A DNA stretch of 64,000 bases. It comes from a virus. This document shows positions 58,235 to 64,000 of the stretch, piece after piece. A model generated the notes under the pieces. That model did not search any database. It was not told the DNA's origin and saw only the letters and a program-made list of their open reading frames with translations. The DNA lies in the IMG/VR virus record IMGVR_UViG_3300010160_000003, positions 1 to 64,000 of that record. The stretch is one strand, 5' to 3'. A program made the position numbers and the translations under genes. The number at the start of each line of letters is the position of its first letter. Position 1 is the first letter of the stretch.

Positions 58235-61200
58235 TTATATCCTCCAGTGTTATTGTTCCATCTTTTGTTTTACCAAAACTAAATTTATATGCCTTGCCTT
58301 CTTCAATATTCATGTAGGCTTTTGGAAATGCCGTTGGAAATACTGTTATAGAGTGTAAGTCTCTGCTGGTATCTGCTAAAGTTAATGAAGCCATCTTCTT
58401 TCCAGCCTTTGTAATTCTAGGCTTAAAAGAAACTACAAACATTTCATTATCTTTATACGGTAGTTGTTTATATCCTAAGAATCTTACAAGAGCATTTGAA
58501 GATCCTTTTATTTCATCAACGGGGATTGCAGAAACAATCCTGTTATCATTTGCAAGAATAAGATAAGTACGACCTGTCTCAATGGTGGTTGCTTCTTCAT
58601 CAAATATACCAACGCTGCCCGTTTTATCTAGAATCTCAACTCGTGACCAACCCTTTCCTCGTTTAATTGCCTTGACCATTCCCATTAAAATAAATGATCC
58701 CTTCTCTTCAAAAGAATCAACATCCTGTATAAATGCGTAGTAGTGAGATGGAATTGTAATGTTAAACTCTGGAAGATTTAAGAACTCGTATAAGTTTTCT
58801 TTAATTTCTGCATCATTTCGTGGTTGATCTGAGAATGTTGCTCCACCAATAACACGTAATGCATTTAATGCACGGCTATTTACCCCATTGCCTTTTGTAA
58901 AAGTAAACTCTTCAAGTTGTTTATAGGATGTAAATGGACGAGCAGCAATATATTTTTCTGCAATGTTTGTTGATATAAACTTAATACCAGTCAAACCAAA
59001 ACGAATACCCTTGCCTTCAATCTTAAAATCTAAATCAGAATCATTAATGTGTGGAAGTTTAATCGGAATGTTCATTCTTTTTGCTTCAATTAGATACTCT
59101 GTTCTTGCATCCTTATCCTTTTCATTTTTTAAAAGGGCAAACATAAACTCAAGTGGATAATAATACTTTAGCCATGCTGTCCAATAGGATAGGGTTGAAT
59201 ATGCTACTGCGTGAGACTTATTAAATGAATACCCTGCATGAGCCTCAAAGTCATGCCATAAATCACGAGCATCATTAGGAGCAATATAAGCAGAGGCACC
59301 AGAAACAAACTGCTCTTTGTATACATCAAACTCTTTTGCGTTTTTCTTCTTACCAATAATCTTTCTAACCTTATCAGCATCCGACATTGACATACCACCA
59401 AGGTGTACGCAAGCCTGCATAACTTGTTCCTGGTATAAAATACACCCATATGTATCAGAAGTAAATGGCTTCATAATTTGATGACTATATGAAACATTTT
59501 GCTTTCCATGTTTACGAGCAATATAATCTTTACCAATTGTGTTCATTGCACCTGGACGAACTAAAGCATTAGATGCTGCAAGTTCATCAAAATTCTTTAC
59601 ACCCATTTTAACTAAAAGGTTTGTATATGGAGTTGCTTCGCATTGAAACACACCCTTTGTGTAACCATCAGAAAGCATTTCATAAACTTTTGGATCTGCC
59701 ATATCAATAGATAGTAATTCAATATCTTTATAATGATTTTGTTTAATCATTGATACTGCATCTTGAATAACGCTAAGAGTCTTAAGTCCTAGTGCATCTA
59801 TTTTTATAAGCCCGATGCGTTCAGCCTCTTCCATGTCGACACCAACCACAGGTATACGTTCATCAGACCCAGGAGAAGATCTCGTTTCCAACGGAGCAAA
59901 CCTAAAAATTGGATCTTTGCTAGTGACCACACCAGCAGCGTGTATACCAGTACCACGAATACGACCACGTAATTGTTCACCATAAACCTCCACCTCTGGA
60001 TATTTTTCTCTAAACTCTCTTGTTGACTTAGAACTACAGAAGTCTTCCCAAGTATCTACTAATTTTAAAACCTTGTTAACATCTGTTAAAGGAATATCTA
60101 AAACTCGTGCAACATCTCGCACAACTCCTTTGTCTTTAAATTGTAAGAAGGTGGCAATAGATGCAACATGTCGATATTGTCTAACTAAATAATCTTTAAC
60201 TTCATCACGGCGAGTATCTTGAATATCGGTATCAATATCAGGAAAGTCGTTGCGATCTGGGTTAATAAAACGGAAAAACAAAAGTCCATGTTTAATTGGA
60301 TCAATATCTGTAATACCAAGGCAATAACAAACCAAAGAACCAGCAGAAGACCCACGACCAGGACCAACCATAATTCCCTCTTTCTTTGCCCAAGCAATCA
60401 TGCTTTGAACTACAAGAAAGTATGGAGCAAACTTTTTATTTTTAATGATTTCAAGTTCTTCTTCAACTCTGGCAATATACTCTGGGTTATCTAAAAGGCC
60501 TCTGCTCTCCAAACCTTCATAAGCAATCTTTTTAAGTTCTTTGTCAGGGCTCTTGTACTGTACTGGCAGTAGGTTAAGACCTTCTTGAATGTCATAGTCT
60601 TCTACTGTATCTGCTAATAATAAAGTGTTTGAGTAGATGTCTGGTCGATCAATACCCTGCAATTCCATGGCTGATTTAATTTCTTTATAGGACAGAAGGT
60701 GTATATCAAACTTATTAAATGTTATTTGGCGGTCTTTACCATAAAGGTAATCAAGTCTATCCATCATAGAAGAATGCTTTGATGCCTTTGCAAATGTTGT
60801 TTCTTTAACAACCTTGGCGTGTGTATTCATTAAAAGTTTAAACTCTTGAATTTCTTTTTGTGAGGGATCAGAATGATGACAATCTGGTGTAACAATAACT
60901 TTAATATTAAACTCATCGGCAAGTTCTATAAGATATTTGTTAATGTGTGCTTCGGTGTGTGGCATTACCTCAATATAATAATCACTGCCAAAACGTTCTT
61001 TAAACCAAGTAATATATTTTTTGGCAAGAGCAAACTCTTCTTCTTCTAATGCTTTTACAAGAACGCTGCTTGGACATGCAGAAGAAACAATAATTCCTTC
61101 TTTATACTTTTCCAATATAGTAAAATCAAATCGTGGCTTTTTAAAGAAACCATCTGTCCAAGACAGTTCACTAATCTTGTTAAGGTTTTCTAAACCTATT

Positions 61201-61499
61201 TTATTCTTGGCTAGAAGGATAATGTGGTTATAGACAAGATCTTGTTGACCTTCTCTTTCAGACTTATCTCTTGTATCAGAGATATCTGCACACATGTATC
61301 CTTCTAGACCTAGAATTGGCTTAATGCCCTTTGCTTTTGCAACTCGGTACAGTTCCCTATGCCCAGATAATGTTCCGTGATCTGTGATAGCCAAGGCTGG
61401 CATACCAAGTTCAACTGCTCGGTCTATATATTCTTCTGGAGTAGCAATCCCATCAAACAAACTAAAATGGGTATGGACATGTAAGCCTACGTAGTTCAT
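58227..61499 (-). CDS. dnaE: DNA polymerase III alpha subunit
   Basis: PHP LHVHTHFS/ITDHG, GRGSSAGS, PDIDTD and YSFNKSHA motifs; likely start MNYVGLH. Confidence 0.95.
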   Translation of the reverse strand: MNYVGLHVHTHFSLFDGIATPEEYIDRAVELGMPALAITDHGTLSGHRELYRVAKAKGIKPILGLEGYMCADISDTRDKSEREGQQDLVYNHIILLAKNKIGLENLNKISELSWTDGFFKKPRFDFTILEKYKEGIIVSSACPSSVLVKALEEEEFALAKKYITWFKERFGSDYYIEVMPHTEAHINKYLIELADEFNIKVIVTPDCHHSDPSQKEIQEFKLLMNTHAKVVKETTFAKASKHSSMMDRLDYLYGKDRQITFNKFDIHLLSYKEIKSAMELQGIDRPDIYSNTLLLADTVEDYDIQEGLNLLPVQYKSPDKELKKIAYEGLESRGLLDNPEYIARVEEELEIIKNKKFAPYFLVVQSMIAWAKKEGIMVGPGRGSSAGSLVCYCLGITDIDPIKHGLLFFRFINPDRNDFPDIDTDIQDTRRDEVKDYLVRQYRHVASIATFLQFKDKGVVRDVARVLDIPLTDVNKVLKLVDTWEDFCSSKSTREFREKYPEVEVYGEQLRGRIRGTGIHAAGVVTSKDPIFRFAPLETRSSPGSDERIPVVGVDMEEAERIGLIKIDALGLKTLSVIQDAVSMIKQNHYKDIELLSIDMADPKVYEMLSDGYTKGVFQCEATPYTNLLVKMGVKNFDELAASNALVRPGAMNTIGKDYIARKHGKQNVSYSHQIMKPFTSDTYGCILYQEQVMQACVHLGGMSMSDADKVRKIIGKKKNAKEFDVYKEQFVSGASAYIAPNDARDLWHDFEAHAGYSFNKSHAVAYSTLSYWTAWLKYYYPLEFMFALLKNEKDKDARTEYLIEAKRMNIPIKLPHINDSDLDFKIEGKGIRFGLTGIKFISTNIAEKYIAARPFTSYKQLEEFTFTKGNGVNSRALNALRVIGGATFSDQPRNDAEIKENLYEFLNLPEFNITIPSHYYAFIQDVDSFEEKGSFILMGMVKAIKRGKGWSRVEILDKTGSVGIFDEEATTIETGRTYLILANDNRIVSAIPVDEIKGSSNALVRFLGYKQLPYKDNEMFVVSFKPRITKAGKKMASLTLADTSRDLHSITVFPTAFPKAYMNIEEGKAYKFSFGKTKDGTITLEDINV

Positions 61500-61500
61500 A

Positions 61501-62157
61501 CTACCAATCAGCGTTAGTTGATGAGGTAGTAGAAGGGCCATCAAAGCCCAAGTAGAACGCTTCTTGTTCCGCATATGGAATCTTCTTTAGTGCTGACTCC
61601 AATGGATATGGTTCGATTGTTCCCCAGTTAAATGGTTCTTTATCTGGTGCTGAAGGAATTAATGTGTAGTTGGTTTCAGTACCCTGACCATTACGCTTTA
61701 ACTTCCATAATACGTTTGAGATGCTTCCTGTTTCAAGTGCATACTCACGAATAGTATTAAATGATGACTGCTTACTAATTCCCATGTTCCAAATTGCAAC
61801 ATATGGTGCTTCAATTCCATCATCAACAAGTACGTTGCAATAGAAACGTAGACGGGCTCTCCAGCCAGCCTTCATATCTTTGCGGTGCATTTCTTCTGCC
61901 CAGTCACGACCTTCTGATTCCATTGTGTCTACAGCCTTGCGCTTATAGTCCTTTGGATTTGTGTGCTCCTTGACAACTAGTGCAAGGCCACGCTTTTCGT
62001 TATAGTTTGCTGAGTCTTCATCTAACTCCTCAACAAATCGAATCTTTACTGACTGACCGTCTGCAAGTTTTAACCACTTTACTTTTGGTCCATCATTTTC
62101 ATACTTTGGCTTTTCGAGCAGGGTTTCTATATTCTTTAATCCCTTTACAATGCTCAT
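61501..62157 (-). CDS. Single-stranded DNA-binding protein (gp32-like)
   Basis: SVKIRF...KLKRNG.GT.TNY pattern, acidic/aromatic tail, position between primase and polymerase. Confidence 0.65.
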   Translation of the reverse strand: MSIVKGLKNIETLLEKPKYENDGPKVKWLKLADGQSVKIRFVEELDEDSANYNEKRGLALVVKEHTNPKDYKRKAVDTMESEGRDWAEEMHRKDMKAGWRARLRFYCNVLVDDGIEAPYVAIWNMGISKQSSFNTIREYALETGSISNVLWKLKRNGQGTETNYTLIPSAPDKEPFNWGTIEPYPLESALKKIPYAEQEAFYLGFDGPSTTSSTNADW

Positions 62158-62183
62158 ATTTTATCTCCTTCGTGTTGTTTATA

Positions 62184-63110
62184 TTATTTTAGCATAGATG
62201 ATATAGATTTGTCAAACTGAAACTCAAGTTTCTTTATTTCTGCATCTTCCATATCGCCTATGTCTTTATAGTTTTTATTAAGCCGAATAACAGTAATTAA
62301 AGATCCAAGTTTTTCAATTAACTTGTCTTTCATTATGTTACCAGCATCATCGTTGTCTGCAATTAGTACAACATTTGTGAAGTACTTTTCTAATAATCTA
62401 GTTTGTGAATTAGATACATTAGCCCCAAGAGTTGCAACTGCTGGGAATCCTATTTGGTCTAGCCGAATTGCATCAAAAGATGATTCAACTACGTATACTG
62501 TACCAGATGATTTAACTCTGTGCAAGTTAAATAATATCTTACCTTTTGGTAATCCTGGAGTATTTTTAAAGTCTTTTCCTTCAATAGTTCTTGCAACAAA
62601 ACCAAGACACATTCCATCTGGAGAGTGCATTGGTACTGTTATCGAATCTTGTTTTTCTGAATATCCCAAAGAAAACTTTGACCATGATGTTGGTTCAATT
62701 TTTCTATACTTAAGATAATTCTTTGCCTTATCTGATACTGCAAGTTGGTTGTATAAACGCTTTAATATTAATTCATCATACTGAACAAACTCTGGTGGTG
62801 CAACTAGTGTTTTGTTAACAAGTTTTTCAATATCGTTTTCTGTTTCTTTGCTTTTAATATATCTAACTGCTTCAAAATATGTTCGTCCAGACATGTGCAT
62901 AATAAATTCTTCTAGGTTCTTTGTTGTCTGGCATCCAAAACAAAAGAACAGTCCGCTATCCTTAGCAACTTCTCCAGCAGGAGTTCTGTTGTTATTGTGA
63001 TATGGGCAAAAGATTATATAGTCATTGCCAAACTCTGCCTCAATATCCACTCCTGCACCTACAAGAACACGTTTAATCTGTTCTTGTGTATATATATTAT
63101 TTGTCTTCAT
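62184..63110 (-). CDS. dnaG: DNA primase
   Basis: CPYH...CFGC zinc finger; TOPRIM VES.FD and DNDDAG. Confidence 0.9.
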   Translation of the reverse strand: MKTNNIYTQEQIKRVLVGAGVDIEAEFGNDYIIFCPYHNNNRTPAGEVAKDSGLFFCFGCQTTKNLEEFIMHMSGRTYFEAVRYIKSKETENDIEKLVNKTLVAPPEFVQYDELILKRLYNQLAVSDKAKNYLKYRKIEPTSWSKFSLGYSEKQDSITVPMHSPDGMCLGFVARTIEGKDFKNTPGLPKGKILFNLHRVKSSGTVYVVESSFDAIRLDQIGFPAVATLGANVSNSQTRLLEKYFTNVVLIADNDDAGNIMKDKLIEKLGSLITVIRLNKNYKDIGDMEDAEIKKLEFQFDKSISSMLK

Positions 63111-64000
63111 AGTCTTTATAACGATAATAACCCTTGTCAAAATCTACTTGAACTAAAAAATCGCCCATGTATCCATTACGATTCTTGCGGAATACACATT
63201 CAATAATATCACTATTAGTTGCACGACCAAGAGCCATGACCCAGTCAGCATCATAGGCAATTTGTCTTGACCAAGCGGTTTGTCCAAGTGTTGGAGGACT
63301 TGATAAATCTTTTACATCGTCAGGGGTAGCAGAAGATATGGCAATAATAGGCACTTCTTCACTAATTGACATTAGTTTAAGTTCTCTTGAAAGGTTTTTC
63401 ATTCGTACCGTTTCAGAATCAGCCTTTTGGTTTGGAGACATAAGTTGTAGATAATCAACAACAACAAAGTCTGGACGGTACTGATCAATCTTTCCACGAA
63501 TAACAGAAGGTGTTACTTCTCCACCACTATCGTTAGAGATAATATGAAACTCTGGACGACCCTCAACCTTGTTATGGTGCCACTTTTTTAACATATCAAT
63601 TTCTACTTCACCATTAGATAATTTTCTGTGTGACCAAAGACCCTCACCCATAATAGCAAGAACACGGTTACGAACTTCTGTTTCACTCATTTCAAGTGAA
63701 ATAATCATTGGAGACTTACCTTGCTTCCATGCTTGTACTGCAAAGTAAAGAGCAAGCCAAGACTTTCCAATTCCTGGATATGCAAGAAACACACCCAATT
63801 GACCTGGCATAATTCCAGAAGGTAGGTAATTATCAAACCCTGGAAGCCCAGTCTTAATACCAACATGACCAAGTTCTTTTTGCTTCTGAACATTTTCAAA
63901 ATATGCAACGGCAGAGTCTAGATCTGTTGCATCAATGTCACGGATAGCAGAGGTATTCTTTTTTAATTCAGATGTCTTTGTTATTAGGTGTTCAAGTGCT
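63097..64000 (-). CDS. dnaB: DnaB-like replicative helicase, runs off the right edge
   Basis: Frame open to the window end (GIKTGLPGFD); AYPGIGKS, SLEM, VVDYLQLM and IAYDAD motifs. Confidence 0.92.
   Translation of the reverse strand, partial: ALEHLITKTSELKKNTSAIRDIDATDLDSAVAYFENVQKQKELGHVGIKTGLPGFDNYLPSGIMPGQLGVFLAYPGIGKSWLALYFAVQAWKQGKSPMIISLEMSETEVRNRVLAIMGEGLWSHRKLSNGEVEIDMLKKWHHNKVEGRPEFHIISNDSGGEVTPSVIRGKIDQYRPDFVVVDYLQLMSPNQKADSETVRMKNLSRELKLMSISEEVPIIAISSATPDDVKDLSSPPTLGQTAWSRQIAYDADWVMALGRATNSDIIECVFRKNRNGYMGDFLVQVDFDKGYYRYKDYEDK

Noticed and set aside
58227-61574. Intein or intron in DnaE (also terL and recA)
   Set aside because: Lengths are normal, frames continuous, no splicing motifs seen; the ORF-track extension above 61499 overlaps the SSB gene.
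1-64000. Prophage or bacterial chromosome origin
   Set aside because: No integrase, att site or housekeeping operon; the DnaA boxes are not beside dnaA/dnaN and all flanking genes are phage-like.

Overview
A 64 kb segment of a large, AT-rich, lytic-type tailed phage genome, most likely infecting Actinobacteria. Host clues are a WhiB gene, a DnaE/RecA/Cas4/terminase arrangement like large actinophages, and an S-layer-like surface protein that points tentatively to freshwater acI/Nanopelagicales. Layout: tail fibre and baseplate genes (1-11.3 kb, minus strand); an early or host-takeover region of many small ORFs in repeated promoter modules (12.2-25.9 kb, mostly plus); a repeat-rich non-coding origin-like region with five DnaA boxes (25.9-26.8 kb); accessory genes, tRNAs and endonucleases (26.8-32.2 kb); a glycosylation cluster (32.2-40.4 kb); lysis, stress and surface genes (38.5-51 kb); terminase and replication/recombination genes (51-64 kb, minus). 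The most striking signal is non-coding. The early region carries 12 promoters of the exact form TGTCA(G/C)-N10-TAnnnT, which is the actinobacterial RecA-NDp/PafBC DNA-damage promoter architecture. These are stacked with nine CRP-type TGTGA-N6-TCACA sites, WhiA-type GACAC boxes, DnaA boxes and two unexplained motifs. Several units end in one of six covarying H-type RNA pseudoknots. Together they suggest a phage early programme that reads or titrates several host master regulators. Also notable are a D-arm-less tRNA-like gene, tRNA-Ile(UAU), two promoter-flanked small RNA candidates, a LacI-endonuclease VII fusion and an endonuclease VII ORF with no ATG/GTG/TTG start. All calls come from reading the sequence; no database searches were run.
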